NCBI RefSeq assembly: GCF_030684315.1
Contig: NC_081371.1
Span: 9,307,441-9,371,440, forward strand
Direction: 5' to 3'
Length of the DNA: 64,000 nt
From: Stegostoma tigrinum
Lineage: Eukaryota
The position numbers and the translations under genes were made by a program. This document shows positions 1-13,310 of this stretch, in pieces. The notes under the pieces are model-generated. The model was not told the origin of the DNA and searched no databases. It saw only the letters and a program-made list of their open reading frames with translations. Within the stretch, counting starts at the first letter, position 1. Each line of letters starts with the position of its first letter.

Positions 1-13
1 CCGTGGATACTAT

Positions 14-192
14 GGGCAATTTAGCATGGCCAATCTACCTAACCTGCACATCTTTGGACTGTGAGGGTAAACCAGAGCACCTGGAGGAAACCCATGCTGG
101 GCGAATGTGCAAACTCCACATTGTCACCCAATGCGGGAATTGAACCCGGGTCCCTGACACAACGAGGCAGCAATGCTAACCATTGTGCCACC
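14..192 (-). mobile_element. HE1-like tRNA-derived SINE (5' head and core)
   Basis: Reverse complement reads GGTGGCACAATGGTTAGCATTGCTGCCTC (A box) ... GGGTTCAATTCC (B box) ... GTGCAGGTTAGGTAGATTGGCCATGCTAAATTGCCC. Matches the copies at 11638, 44916 and 50973. Confidence 0.85.
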
Positions 193-657
193 TGCTAGAT
201 GTCTTAGAACCATGACAGATGGGAAACCTTCACACAGATGGAGCTGAGTTCAGAGACTTGCTGGTTTGTGTGGTTCTGTCCTGTGTGACTCGCTGTCGTT
301 AGCTATTCAACTTTCCAAAAGATCTGACATGAGATGTACCACTGATTTGTTTGTGTTTGTGTATTACAGGAATTCAGGTTGTATTAATTACGTTCTTGAT
401 GCAGACTTCTTTTTGTGCGTGCACATATGTCGTCCAGCTGCAGCTTCATTGTGATGGCTTCAAAGTGCCAGGAGAGGGCAGACATCGCCTGCAGGCAGAA
501 GTGTTTGTGTCGATAAAATTGACCCAAATAAGCAGAAGGAGAGCAGCCTTTCTGTTGTTTTTTTCTTCTTCTTGTTTCAGAGTCAAATGTTTTCAGCTTG
601 TTCGAGAAACATCTGTCAACTGGATTTAGGCTTCTGAGGAAAAATACTTTAATCTCC

Positions 658-1018
658 ATCAGAATGTGTACAAAATGATCAGAGGTATCGATAGAGTCGA
701 CAGCCAGACTTTTTCCTAGGGTGGAGGTAGTTATTCCGAGGGGACATAGTTTTAAAGTGAGTGGAGGTAGATACAGGGGAGACGTCAGAGGTAGGTTTTT
801 ACTCAGAGAGTGGTAGGGGGCATGGAATGCATTGCCGGAGAGGGTTGTGGAGTCGGCCTCATTAGGGGCATTTAAGCGGCCATTAGATAGGCATTTGGAT
901 GATAGTATAAGGTAGGGGTGGAGGATAGATAGACCTTAGGTTTAGGGTAAAAGTTCAGGACAACATCGTGGGCCGAAGGGCCTATACTGTGCCATACTGT
1001 TCTATGTTCTGTGTTCTA
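658..1018 (+). mobile_element. CR1/HER1-like LINE 3' end
   Basis: Decayed ORF2 C-terminus (YKMIRGIDRV...RGHSFKV...FTQRVV..WNALP-type), a 3' UTR with TGGGCCGAAGGGCCT and a TTCTATG-type tail. Confidence 0.85.
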
Positions 1019-3689
1019 ATAATGTGGTTCACGAGTTTCACAGGAAGTCCCAGCTCCGCCCACTCCCACCATCTATAGTCACAGGGACGCTTGTCCAGTG
1101 AGGAGCTGTGGTGCGGTTTTGAACCTTACCTGTGTTCCCTGGTTCTGAGAGGATACGGAGGGTGGATAGGAAGAAGAGCATCCCAGGCTAGGAAGTGTTG
1201 ATTGTCAACCTTAACCCACAACCAGTGGCTGGAATTGTACAGAAGAGAGTGTGGGCACCCAGTATGGCTGGGATGCTCTTTCTGGCTAGGATTCCGAGTA
1301 GAAACTGTCCTCCCTCTGGGATGAAAGGTCATAACGTGAGGAGGGACAGTTGAAGAGGAGAAGGATCAATTGAAACTCTGCAAAGACCATGCCAGTCTGC
1401 TCATTGCCAACTCACGGTGCGGGGTTTCGTTTGGTCTTTATGACCAAAGTTTCTGGAGATTCTTTCGAGATATTCCATACTTGACAAACAGACTGTTTTA
1501 GCGGCAGCTGGAAGTGATAAGCTCTGCTCAAGGCCACTGCTGCGGTTGACAATTTTTCTAAACCTCAGCGGCAGGTTCAATCTCTTCAAGTGAAGCAGGA
1601 GTTGGAAGTTCTGTCGTTCGTGTCATACCCCGCTGTTGGGTTTTAGGATGGAAGTCAAATAGGTTGGCGATTGGCTGCAGAGATAGTCACCCTCCGGTTT
1701 GAAGGACATTGCTGTAGTCTTGCAGATGTCAGGCTGTTGGATGGTCGATTCGGCCTACCTCACAGTGACAGTGAGTTGTCACGAAAGGTTCTGCAAATCA
1801 TACATCTTGAACGACAGGGAGTAACAATCGTATTTTATGATAAGCAGCCAATGCACCAGATAATGTTTAACCAAGAGAACACAAGAACATCTTGTCTTGT
1901 GACACACACAGTGAACAGTGCTCATCTCTCTTCCCCTCTGCCTCAGCATTTGTAATTCCGGAGGGCACGCCCTCAACAGATGTTCTGCCCCATCTTCTGG
2001 TTGCAAAAGACCTTTTGAAATCCGTTTAAATGTCTAGAAATGGGCCACACTTGGCCTGACACGAAATGAAGGCTCCATATTGAATGTCTGAGTCCTGATT
2101 GGACTGGTGCTTGCCCTGTGCCCTATGACCTCCCCGTGGCCATGTGACACTTGACCAGTCTCAAGTGGCCACTCTTGCATCTGTCCTGTATTTGTCAGTG
2201 GGAGGTGTTGAGGGCTGCACCACTCAAAAAGAAAGCGTGTGCAATCTATTGTCGGCACGATGTAATAGAATAATTTTGGTAGCAGTAAAATGAAGGTGGC
2301 ATCATTGGCATCCTCATTAAATAATGAACACGGCAGGTAAAGAATGCTTTAAAGCTGTGCTTTATTATTAAAATAAGGGCACAGGAGAGACTTGCACTCG
2401 CTCTTGTTCCTAACCTTACGAGAGGGAAACCTGCACCTGCACCCCCACCCCTGCCACTGTATTGCCTCCTTTGTGCCAGCTGAGCTCTTCCTTAGCCACC
2501 CAGTGATCGCTCGTGCGAGTGCCACCAGCTCGACTGATGAAATGCTTTTCAGTGCGTGGTGGGCTGGGCTGGCCGCTTGCAGCTCCGTGGCCCTGAGCCA
2601 GGCTTCTGCTCGTGCGCAGTGTCTTTTAGCAGAAAATTTGTCCCTGCCATTCTGCTGTCAGTAGGCTCGCTGTGAGATTAATGAGGCCCCTCTCAGCAGA
2701 GTGACGGCTGAAAGCCATCTGTACAGGTGGCTCCAGTCATTATTTTACCAGGACGTCTCCCTCGCCTGGCTCGGTGTTGACACATTGCCTGGCACCGTTT
2801 GGCATCAGGGCAAGTACACTTTGCCTGTGGAACTCAAGACTGACCAGATACGTTTAGTCACAGGCCTCCAGGGATTGTCGTACTTGGTTAGGAGCAAGAG
2901 TAAGAGCTGATCAGAGGAGGAGAAAGATCGAAAATCCAAGTTGAAAATGAGTATTGCAAATTAATTTGTTTTCACGAGGTACCAGGCCCTGGTTTGTTTC
3001 CATAGTGATGACTGCAAGGTCAAGCATAGAAATCGCCTCAGCAGTGCGTCATTGGAATTAACATCGGTAACCCTGTGTCACTACTGAAATTCATAAAAGT
3101 TAATAAAGCGATTTGTATTTTCAACTGGGGAGACTTCAAAGTGCTTTTTTCTTTAAAAACTATCGGGTTGTGTCACAGGGACAGGGAGGTTCTTGGGTGC
3201 ACAACTTCAAAGGAAGCAGAGGAGACTTCGCTTATGCTTCAGTGCTCTTGTTCCTAACTGCTGTTTGGCTGTCTCTCGGAATGCAGACAAAGGGTCAGGA
3301 ATCCTTCTGAACCCTGGCCCTCTTAATTGTCGAATTCTGGCATCATCTTCACAGAAATCCCCATGCCTCGCTCTTGCACTCGGGCTGGATGTTCTGTGAC
3401 CAGCCGGTGATCTTACATCGAGCAGTGTGCAGAGATACCAGCCAACCCTCTGTCTCAGTCCCCAAACCCATCCCCCCGCCACAAAAATCTGCATAACATT
3501 TCATCCCTCTAGCCTCCTGCTAGCTCACTGTTCCCTATCCCTGTGTTGTTGTCAGCTGGAGAATCACCATCACCATTAATAATTGTCTATGGAAATTGAA
3601 CAATGGTAGAGCTGAATGCACAAGGAGGAAGCTTTTCATCCTATTGCCTGGCTCAGTGCATGAAATGCTTGCCACATGTCAGACCACAG

Positions 3690-3910
3690 GTTCAGGCCAC
3701 CTCCAGGGATTTGACAGCACAATTTGTGGGGAGGCTTCCTTGACAGTGTTGAGGGGATGTGCCACTGTCCGATGTATCGACTTTCAGATGAAAGTTGAGC
3801 CCGTGCTGCATTTGCCCCTTGAGTCAGTGTATACCATCCCTAGGAACTGTTTGGAAGCAAGGGGAGAATGCTGTGGTATTCGGGCAAACAGTTACCCTTC
3901 AAATCAAAGC
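3690..3910 (+). mobile_element. DeuSINE/SacSINE-like element, central (Deu) domain, degraded
   Basis: GTGCCACTGTC...CTTTCAGATGAAAGTTGAGCCC...GAAGCAAGGGGAG...TACCCTTCAAATCAA resembles the Deu domain and is similar to copies at 34720 and 62510. Confidence 0.55.
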
Positions 3911-3934
3911 CTTAGCTGTATGTGTTTATTTACT

Positions 3935-4295
3935 TGCTGGTTCCATTCTGATCTTGCTAATCATAAACAGAGAATCACTTGCAATGGCTTCGCTTCCTGA
4001 CACCCCAGTGATCCATGCTTGCTGTCCTCCTGTCCTGATTCTCATCTACATGCTGTCCCTAGGCCACATTGCATTTGTATATACCCTGATGACACCCAGC
4101 CCTTACCTTCCAGTCTCTTACTGTTGCAAAATTATCAAACTTGCTGTCTGATAATCAGTGTGCATGAAATGGAAATGCCCATCCATTAGTTCTTGGGAAG
4201 AGCAAAGTCCCTGCCACCACCTCCATTCCCCAGCTACCAACTCCCTCCATCTCCACAACTGGGATCAAGGCAGTCTGTTTGCCTGTTTTGGTGTT
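3935..4295 (+). mobile_element. L2-like LINE reverse transcriptase fragment, degraded
   Basis: CAGAGAATCACTTGCAATGGC...TTCTCATCTACATGCTG...CTGATGACACCCAG is a decayed QRITCNG / FLIYML / YADDTQ motif series. Confidence 0.6.
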
Positions 4296-4389
4296 ATCAT
4301 AGAATCCCTACAGTATGGGAAGAGGCTGTTCAGCCCATTGAGTCTGCAGCAACCCTCTGAAGGGCATCCCAAACCCCCTCAAATTTGAT

Positions 4390-5350
4390 AGGCTTCTAAG
4401 AGATTCCCCCTGAGTCTTCTAAATTCCAGTGAAAGTAGCCCAAACCGATCCAGTCTCTCTTCATATGTCAGCCCTGCCATTCCAAGGAATCAGTCTGGTC
4501 AACCTTCATTGCACTGCCTCCATAGACAGAACATCTTTGCTCAGATAAGGAGACCAAAATTGCTCACTGCATTACATGTGTGTTCGTACGAAGGCCCTGT
4601 ACTGTAGCAGGAAGACACCCTCACTCCAGTACTTGAATCCTCTCAGCATGAACGCCAACATTCACATTTTGCTCACCGCCCTGCTGTACCTGTATGCCAG
4701 CTTTCAGTGACTGGTGTACCAGATCTCATCACACCTCCACCTTTCCCAATCTATGGTAGAGCTGTAGGGTCATTCAACACGGAAACAGACCCTTCGCTCC
4801 AACCAGTCCATGCCGAACAGAATCCCAAATTAAACTAGCCTCATTTGCCTGCTCCTGGCCCATATCCCTCCAAACATTTCCCATTCCAGTCCTTATCCCA
4901 ATGTGTTCTAAACGTTGTAATTGTGCCCACTTCCTCACAAAGTTCATTCCGCATGTGAACCACTGACTACATGTAAAAAAGAAAATCGCCCTTTGTGTCT
5001 TTTTTAAATCTCTCCATTCTCACCTTTAAACATGTGCTCACTAGTCTTGAAATTGCCCATCCTAGGGGAAAGAAACCTACAATTAACTCTTATCTACGCC
5101 CCTTATCAACTTCCATGAGGTCACCCCTCAACCTTCGACATGAAAGTGGAAGAAGTCCCATTCTACCCAGTCCTTCTTTATAATTTCAAATTTCCATATT
5201 AATAATCTGCCTCCCTACTTTTGTTATCAAATCGGATAACCACACATCTATCCACACTCTACTTCGTCTACCGTGCATTTGACCACTCGCCCAACTTGTC
5301 CAAATCACACTGAAGCACCTCTGCATCCTCCTCGCAGCTCACCCTCCACT
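4390..5350 (-). mobile_element. CR1-like ORF2 fragment split by a nested CR1 3' end
   Basis: The 5200-5350 part encodes VSCEEDAEVLQCDLDKLGEW (CR1 RT), and 4390-4754 continues the RT C-terminus. The element is interrupted at about 4755-5199. Confidence 0.75.
4756..5198 (-). mobile_element. CR1-like LINE 3' end (nested)
   Basis: Starts with CACGGAAACAGACCCTTCG..CCAACCAGTCCATGCCG (reverse complement of the CR1 3' UTR), followed by ORF2 C-terminal sequence. Confidence 0.8.
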
Positions 5351-5356
5351 CATCTG

Positions 5357-5520
5357 TCGGTGCTGTTTGTGGGAGCATTTGTAGCTGTAGATTGGCTGCT
5401 GTGCTGCTTACATTAAAGCATTGACAACCCTTCAAAAGCACTTGATGATTGTAAAGCACATTGATAGTTCCTGTTGTGATGGAAGATGCTATATAAATAC
5501 CAAAGTTTATTTTCTTTCTC
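5357..5520 (+). mobile_element. DeuSINE/SacSINE-like 3' tail
   Basis: TGCTGTTTGTGGGAGC...ATTGGCTGC...CTTCAAAAGCACTT...GCTATATAAAT...TTTCTTTC tail. Confidence 0.6.
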
Positions 5521-8017
5521 TTTGTGACTGAACATGTCTGCTCTGAAACGTGCAGTAACTCATTAACGCCAGGCCAATCGCGGTCAAGCAGTGACCAGCT
5601 TCGTTTGTGACCATTGTTAGTCACCTTCCTGAAGGACTGAGAAAGGTATAATCTTGCAGCAAATTGAAAGTTCCACTCAGCTGGATTTTCTGGTTTTAAA
5701 TATTTCCAGGGAGCTCAGGGAAAGATTCCACTCTTGATGCCTGGTCTGCAGTCACAGGATTTGTTGATCGGTCAGAGCAGGCCAAAATTCTCACCACCCA
5801 GGAAGATTTCTTTGCTTCTGCAGCTGTATACAGCTGTAAACATGAAGCATCCTTGGGGTGGGGAGGAAAAAAATCTGACCACAGCTTATCCAGACACTTC
5901 AAAGATGCCAGAATGGGATAACGCTCCCTGATTTTGTGAACATTTAGTTGGAGAGCATGCTAAATTGGTCAGTGAAGTGGATTACTTGACTGGAGGTGTC
6001 TGACTGTCAAATCTGACACAGCCAAGTTCTGACACGAGGTCAAGCTTCTTTGGAGTCATACTTGGGTGACATGTAATCATTCCCTTATAAGAGAATCCCC
6101 ATTTTCCAGTCTGTCTGTGGATGGAAGTGTATATTTTTGGCTATTGCGCAAATTAGAGGCCATGACTTGTGACACATTGTCAGGATGTGATGTCATTGTG
6201 AATATCTTGTTCATGTTAAGATGTTTGAAGTAATGTTTCTGTCCTGTTATGCAGGTAAGGTAACATTTCAGTTACTACCAGAACAGCTATAGAAACTGCA
6301 GTTCATAAAGTTACCCGTTTGATTGCTTACTGGAGTCACTATGAGACAGTAAAGTGGGCTTACGAAGCTGGAGAAATTGTAACTGATGAATAACTAACTT
6401 AAAAGCAACTAAGAGGATAGCTACTTGTCGGTTACACCATGGTGAAGATGGGTATAAAGCACTTTCATTTGCAGTTTGGACTACATGTGGTTTTCTGTTC
6501 AGAGGTATTAGCCAAGATGAATGATGATTAGTCAGACCTGCGTTGTAAGCAGATTAAAACATTAACTTCTTTATTGACTGCATGGAGGGCAGTTGAGGTT
6601 TAATCTCCAGTTTGAACAGAAGCTGGAAGATTGTTGCATTTGAAGGTAGTTTGAGAACTGACATCCTGTCTCATTGCAAAAGAAAACAACGAGCAGTCAT
6701 GTTTTGTGGTCTTGGAAAGGTAACCGGAGCTAGAGGTGGAGGCATTGACAGTCAAGAGAGGGTACTTCTGAGAATAGCAAGGGCTGAAGTGAATTCTCCA
6801 AAGCAATGTGGCATCCTTTGAGATGGCCATATAAAAGGAACTAACTGTCGCATTAATGTGTCTTATGAAGAAAATTCTTGGAAGAGGTAGGAAGTGAACC
6901 AGACTGGGTAATTAACATCTTGAAAATCCATGTTGGCACGTTAATAGTGGCAGTTTTCTTTCATTGTTCTTTGTATTAAAAAAGTGTTTATTTTTGTTTT
7001 CTTCTTTAAAAAAAAGACAGGAACAGATTGTATTGGTTAAAATGTGGTATCCAAATTGAATGGCAATGGTCCTTGACAGAATTGTGACCACTGGTCTGTC
7101 TGGCATTTCTTGACCAATCCAAGTGCCTTGCAGAAGGCCACCTTAAATCATATGACCTCTGCCAGAGAACTCTGCGACTTGCCCCTTGCCCCTTGACCCC
7201 GTATCCCTTTCTGCTGGTGACACACACTGGCGAGAGCTGTAATGTGCCCAAAGTTAAACAGCAGCCTGCCACTTTTTGGCAGCACTGGACAAATCTGATC
7301 CTGTGAAGGCCCTGTCAAGGTTGCGGGAACAGATGAATAATGAGCCCTGAAATTTCGAAGCCCAACTATTTAACATGAGCCTTATCTGCCTTCCAATTTC
7401 AAAACTAAGAAAGGATTCCATTTGAAAGATTATCTTAAATTTCTCTCTTCTGGCCTCAGTTCATTTGCTGTGGAACAATAGGTCCCTGTTTCCTTTTTGA
7501 TCCCTGGAATTTTAACTGGATTGCTGATTGGTCTCTTTTCATTATTGTCAGTAATTATAAACCAATTGTTTTGAGTTTTCTTTAAACATCAGTCGATAAA
7601 AGAGGTACTGTGTCTGTTAATCTTCCTATTGCAAACTCTACCATCCTGCTGCCACTAATGCCGGAGACAAAACATTTATCAGCCTTAATGTGGCCGCCTT
7701 TTGTTTATTTCGTGTGATTGATCATTGCAACGAGTTATATATTCACACGAGATAGAAATTTCTGCCAGAAGATGAAGTTTCACTTTGAGAATTAGTGCCG
7801 AGGCCACAGGTATATATTAGATCAGCCAAAAATAAAGTAGGTTCTACTTTTGGGTTTCATGCCCATAAAGTTTTTCCAACGCTACACCAGCTACAACTTG
7901 CGTTTATGTAGCACCTTGAACACAAGAAAACAACTCAAGTAACAGGCCAACAAAAGTAGAAACTCAAACAGGCCTGGCAGCAACTGTAGAGAGAGAAGCA
8001 GAGTTAATGATTCGAGG

Positions 8018-8383
8018 GCAGGCCACTTTTGGAATACTGTGTTCAATTCTGGTCTCCCTGTTATAGGAAAGATGGTGTTGAGCTTGAGTGGGTTAGAAAA
8101 GATGTACAAGGATGTTGCCAGGCTTTGGGGCTTTGATTTCTAGGGAGAGGCTGAATAGGCAGGGGCTCTTTTCCCTGGAGCTTTGGAGGCTGAGGGGTGA
8201 CCTTAGAGAGGTTTATAAAATCATGGAGGGCATAGATAGGATGAACAGTCGAGGTCTTTGCCGCAGTGTTAGGGAAGTTGAAGACTAAAGGGTGTAGGTT
8301 TAAGGTGGGAGGACAAAGATTTAAAAGGACCTGAGGGTAAACTTTTTCACGCAGAAGATGGTGTGTGTATGGAATGAGCTGAA
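8018..8383 (+). mobile_element. CR1-like LINE ORF2 3' fragment
   Basis: Decayed RPLLEYCVQFWSP...RLRGDL.EVYKIM.GIDR...WNEL motif series. Confidence 0.8.
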
Positions 8384-9232
8384 ATGGAGGAGATCACACA
8401 AATAAGGGTGTGATGAGACCATAAATGAGGTGGAACAAGGAAGAGACTTTTAAAGTAAAGGTTTAGCTTGATCACAAGGTCAGTGAGAAGGCGGAATGAT
8501 AAGTGAACAGAACTCATACAATAAAGACCTGGGTAGAAGAGAGCAGAAGTTTAAAGGGGTTACAATGTGGAATGCTGGCCAGTGGCCAGGAGTACTTTGG
8601 AATAGATGAAGGTGTGGATGAAGGTCTCAGCACTTGATGGATGGAGGCAGGGACAGAATACAGATTTGATGAACATGTCTGCATTTCCTTGAGTGGACCT
8701 GAGGTTTTCTGAGGGGAATAAAAGAATATATAGAGCTGTAGGGAAAGACCAGGCTGGACTGACTTTCCAAAGAGTCAGCACAGATATTGTCCCTTCAGAC
8801 TTCCTGAGTCAGAAAAGCAGCATTTCACAAGGATAACAATCTTGGCATACAGCAGATGATTCATTCTGTGTGCAAGAATGCATGAGCTCACAGAATTTGA
8901 CATGCAACGTTGAAATGGAGTGGGGCCCTCGTCATCATCTGATCATGAGTCTAAGAAAGCTTTTGTTCCTGTGGAGGATCTAACAGGAAGCTGAGAAGAA
9001 TTGGGCAAGTCTCAGGTGGAGACTGGATTGGAGAGTAGTGTGTGTAGTAGTTTGGGCGTGGTGTGGAATGACATATCCTTCTAGAAGATATCACCAGATA
9101 GGAGATCCGTTCAGAACACAGCTCTGTGTATGTACGTACTAGGATGGTGCCACTAATTGTACATACTGCTACATTTATGCAACTTTCCAAAGAACTGTAA
9201 GCCCTCATCTACGATTAACAAGTTACTAAGAA

Positions 9233-9497
9233 AGTCATAGAGATGTACAGCACAGAAACAGGCCCTTCGGTCCAACTCGTCCATGCCGACCAGATGTCCT
9301 AGATAAATCTAGTCCCATTTGCCAGTATTTGGCCCATATCCCTCCAAAGTCTTTCTATTCATGTATCCATCCACATGCCATTTAAAGTATTGTAATTCTA
9401 ATTACCAGCCTCTTCCACTTCCTTGGGCAGCTCATTCCATAATGCACCACCCTCTGCGTGAAAAAGCTGCCCCGTCGATCCCCTTTAAATCTTTCTT
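9233..9497 (-). mobile_element. CR1-like LINE 3' end
   Basis: GTCATAGAGATGTACAGCACAGAAACAGGCCCTTCGGTCCAACTCGTCCATGCCGACC is the reverse complement of the shared CR1/HE1 3' tail. Confidence 0.8.
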
Positions 9498-10529
9498 TGA
9501 AGATTGTACTCAGGTGCTGTGCTTTGGGCATGTTGGGGTCAATCCCTGCCTTCATGTTGAGGTAAGGATGTCATACGGGATGGAAGCCAGGCAAGAATCT
9601 GCTCCAGCCTCCAGTGAACAGGTGCAGCTGGTAATCTTACGCTGCACACATCAAGCAGAGAAACATAAATACACAACACACAACACGCAACGAAGTTACT
9701 GCATTTCACATTGGGATTCCCTGTCTCGTTGAGCAAAAGAATGGCACGTGCGTATGGCGGGATTAAGTTTTGTTCCATCACTGCATCCTGCTCAGAGTAG
9801 AAAAGAGCCACGACAGCTCTTGCACTTTCTGGGTGATGACAGCAGGAGGGAAAGACGGCTGCTCTATCTCTGTGGTGTTGGATCTGTTTCCTGCTGATGA
9901 GATAATCAATTTTTAGTTGGTGTTCTTCCCTGTAAATGTTTGGTTTGAAGAGGCTGTTGCTACAATGTAGAAATTAGATTTTAGTAGATAGTTTTAATCA
10001 ACCTGTGCAGATATGTTATGACACATATCCCGATGCGGTAGGCCTTGAACCCAGCGCTCCTAGCTCAAAGGTGGTGACACTGCCACTGCACCACAAGTCA
10101 CTTCATACGTTTTCATAGTTTCTCATCCCCGGTTCAGAGACGCTGTTGCATATCTACCATTGTGCCCAAGAGCACTTAAAACCAAACTTCAGCCGAGTCA
10201 TTCTGATGACACCACCGCCGCGGATCAGATCAAACAAAGGCGAGACAGAGTACAAAAAAAAAAGAGATATGGTGTTGTTCATGGATCACAAGGTCATGGT
10301 GGCAACTGGACTTCAAGACTGCTGTAGCTATCTGTTTTATGAAGAGCTGGTCGTTGCCAGGAAGCTGAGTTGGGACGAGCTGCTAAATGCCTCCCCCTCT
10401 AGGAAATACATTAACATCACTGCTGAAGGGAGGATGTTACTGAACTGGAAGATTTGGAAGGATGTGATAGAGACTGGAAGGGTGGAGGTCGAGGCCGGGT
10501 GGGGGGTTGCGGTGGTGGCTGGACAGGCT

Positions 10530-10948
10530 GGGGATGTTCCCCAGGAGCCGCCGGAGGCTGAAGTGTGACTTTATAGAGGTTAATAAAATCATGAGGGGCG
10601 TAGATAAAGTGAGTAGCTGAGGTATTCCCCCCCCCCCCCCGGATAGGGAATCCAAAACTAGAGGGCATGTGTTTAAGGTGAGAAGGAAATGATTTAAAAG
10701 GGACTCAACGGGCCACTTGCTCACACAGAGGGTGGTGCACACATGGAATGAGCTGCCAGAGGTATGAGTAAAGACAGGTACAATTACAACATTTAAAAGA
10801 TATTTGGACAGGTAGATGAATCGCAAGTGTTTGGGGGGACGTGGACCAAACATGGCAAATGGAACTGGTTCAGTTTAGGAAACCTGGTTGTCATGGACTA
10901 GATGGACTGAAGACCCTGCTTCCCTGCAGTGTGACTCAATGACTCTAA
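10530..10948 (+). mobile_element. CR1-like LINE 3' end
   Basis: GAGGTTAATAAAATCATGAGGGGCGTAGATAAAGTG...TGGAATGAGCTGCCAGAG...GACTCAATGACTCTA tail. Confidence 0.8.
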
Positions 10949-11637
10949 CTGCTGCATCTAAACATAAATTCATTAATTCATTGTAGTATCAACTGTCTGC
11001 TGTAACTGAGTGACCAGCAGCCGTACGGTGTCGGACTAATATCATCTCCTGCAGCCTGTTTTCATTCGAACTTTGAACGGAAAATTCTCACCAAAAGGTT
11101 GGCATATTTTCCCCTTGCAATGGTGGTTCCTTTGTAATCCTGCTACAGGTGTACCCTTCAGAGGGCAGTTAAGCGACAGCTATATTCGTGTGTGTCACAT
11201 ATGGTTGACAGACCGGGTGTGGACAGCAAGAATCCTTCTCTGAAGCATGGCTCAAAAAGCAGTGTTTAAGCATCATTTTACAGAGATGGCTTAATAACTA
11301 CGTAATTCTCCCTGTCTACCCGTGATTATTATTGTCAATTGGTCACGCAATTTAATACTCTTAATTTGCAAGTACTTTTTTCAAACAAAATTACCCTCTT
11401 TGCTGAACAGGATGAGCCTAGCTCGTGTCCAACACTGACCTTTGTCAATTGAGAGCCTACCTGACAATCTCTGTGCTATTCTCCGTACTCCCCACTGGGA
11501 GTAGAGCAGTCTGAGTTGCCCTGCACACTGCTTCGGTCCAGCACCAAGCCTGCACGAGCTGCCCATCATTTGTGCACTCCTCCCTCATGAATGCCTGAAA
11601 ACGATGGACTGAATTGTTAAATGTGGCAAATGGGCCT

Positions 11638-11888
11638 GGGCAGTACAGTGGCTCAGTGGTTAGCACTGCTGCCTCACAGTACCAGGGACCTGGGTTCAGT
11701 CCCACCCTCGGGCGACTGTCTGTGTGGAGTTTGTACGTTCTCTCCATGTCTGCGTGGGTTTCCTCCCGCAATCCAAAAACATGCAGGTTAGGTGGATTGG
11801 CCATGTAAAATTGCCGAAATGCTGAAGGATGTGTTGGCTAGGTGTGTTATAGGCCCTGTCTCCACACTGTAGGCATTCTAAAGGTCTA
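11638..11888 (+). mobile_element. HE1-like tRNA-derived SINE
   Basis: GTGGCTCAGTGGTTAGCACTGCTGCCTCACAG (A box), GGGTTCAGTCCC (B box), conserved core and a CACACTGTAGGCATTCTA tail. Confidence 0.85.
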
Positions 11889-12096
11889 AGACAGAAACAG
11901 CATTTTAACATAAAATTCCAATACCTGCATTCTACATCATGCAGTGTGTGAGGGTGTCACTGCTATCTTGAGTTTTACTTTAATGTTCAGCCTTTTCCAC
12001 CCACCCTGCTGCAAGACCAGCCACATTTTAGAGAAGCCAGGGGCCCATCATAGACAGTCTAGCATCGTCTGTCCAGTTGTTGTGGTCAAAGCCAGA

Positions 12097-12119
12097 CTAC
12101 TCCTACTACTACTACTACT
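12097..12119 (+). repeat. (CTA)n microsatellite
   Basis: CTACTCCTACTACTACTACTACT. Confidence 0.9.
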
Positions 12120-13129
12120 TCGTCGTTCCTGGTTCACAGTCCTGCTTTTAATGACTTGGTGGGTCAGGCACTGGAAGCCTGTGTCTAATGAGAGCATAAT
12201 TAAGTCAGGAAGATAATTGGTTTTGAAAACAGACAGTCTCAACAATTGACGCCCACCTTTCTGAAGAGCTGAACTATCTCGAATGAGTCTGCTCTCCTAT
12301 GCGAGTAAATCAGCTGCATTAAAACAATAGTGCCAAATCAATGAATCAGTTAAGAGCACGCAAATGGAGTAAAATCAATCCATCTACCATTAAGCCCTGT
12401 GGGCTAGATGCTCCCAATAAATTACTGGATTTATTGGATCGCAAATTGTGTTAACACCAGGTGGACAGTCATGTTAGTACTGTTGGAAGTTGTTGACTTC
12501 AGTGAGCAATCTTGCTACTTCCGCATCCCTGTTTGCAGATGAATGCTGTGAAATTCCATCCCTTGGTGTGAAAAAAACTTTCAGTCAGCATCGTGGTATT
12601 CTGAGGAAGAATATTGATAACCGATAGACCACACGAATTGAGTGGAAGGATCCAATGTTTGTCTTGTCACACTTGCTCAAGTCTTTCCCAGGGATTGGCC
12701 AGTTGGGTGCTAATTTGCAAAATACGTACATTAAAATCTTTTTAAAGATGCACAAGAGCGATCAAGAAATGTGAGGCCTTGGGGATGGGGTCCCCAGTGA
12801 AAGAACCTTGAATAATATCACTTTGGAGTTCCCTGAAATTCTAAACCTCCAGCCCAGTTGAGGTACAGTGGTACATTTTGCACAGTCTGTGTGTGTGTTC
12901 ATTCTCTGAGTGAAGTTTAAGGATTGGATACTGGGCTGAAGTTTCCACTCAATGGCAAGGACGTTACTTGTTCCACATTGCTGTGGAGCTAGCTCAAGGC
13001 CAAGTACGTTGTATGAAAATAGCAAATATAGCTATATTACAGGATGGTCATTTAAGAAAAATGTTGCACCACTCATGTAACTTTTAGTGAATATGCACTT
13101 GAATTTGTGGTATGCTGTACAAAGTAAAA

Positions 13130-13310
13130 CCACAAGGTGTTTTCTTGCTATGCAGGCAAACAAAATTTGGCACTGAGTCACAAAAAGAAGATATTAGGTC
13201 AGATACCCAGAGAGGTGTTGCTTCTAAGGAGAGGTTTAAGAAGTTGAGAGGTCACGGCACAGGAAGTTGAAAGGTGGCCAGCAATGGTGGGCTAAAGGAA
13301 AATAAATCAG
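13130..13310 (-). mobile_element. L2-like LINE 3' fragment, degraded
   Basis: CAAACAAAATTTGGCACTGAGTCACAAAAAGAAGATATTAGG...CCAGCAATGGTGG, similar to 23950-24230. Confidence 0.45.

Noticed and set aside
2544-2565. CTGATGA as a possible hammerhead core
   Set aside because: There is no stem II followed by GAAA. The same applies to CTGATGA at about 20516.
3005-3090. Possible C/D box snoRNA (GTGATGA...CTGA about 80 nt apart)
   Set aside because: The terminal stem is weak and I see no convincing rRNA-antisense element. It would need snoscan or Infernal support.
11638-11710. tRNA gene
   Set aside because: The A/B boxes belong to a SINE head and there is no complete cloverleaf. The same applies to the other SINE heads.
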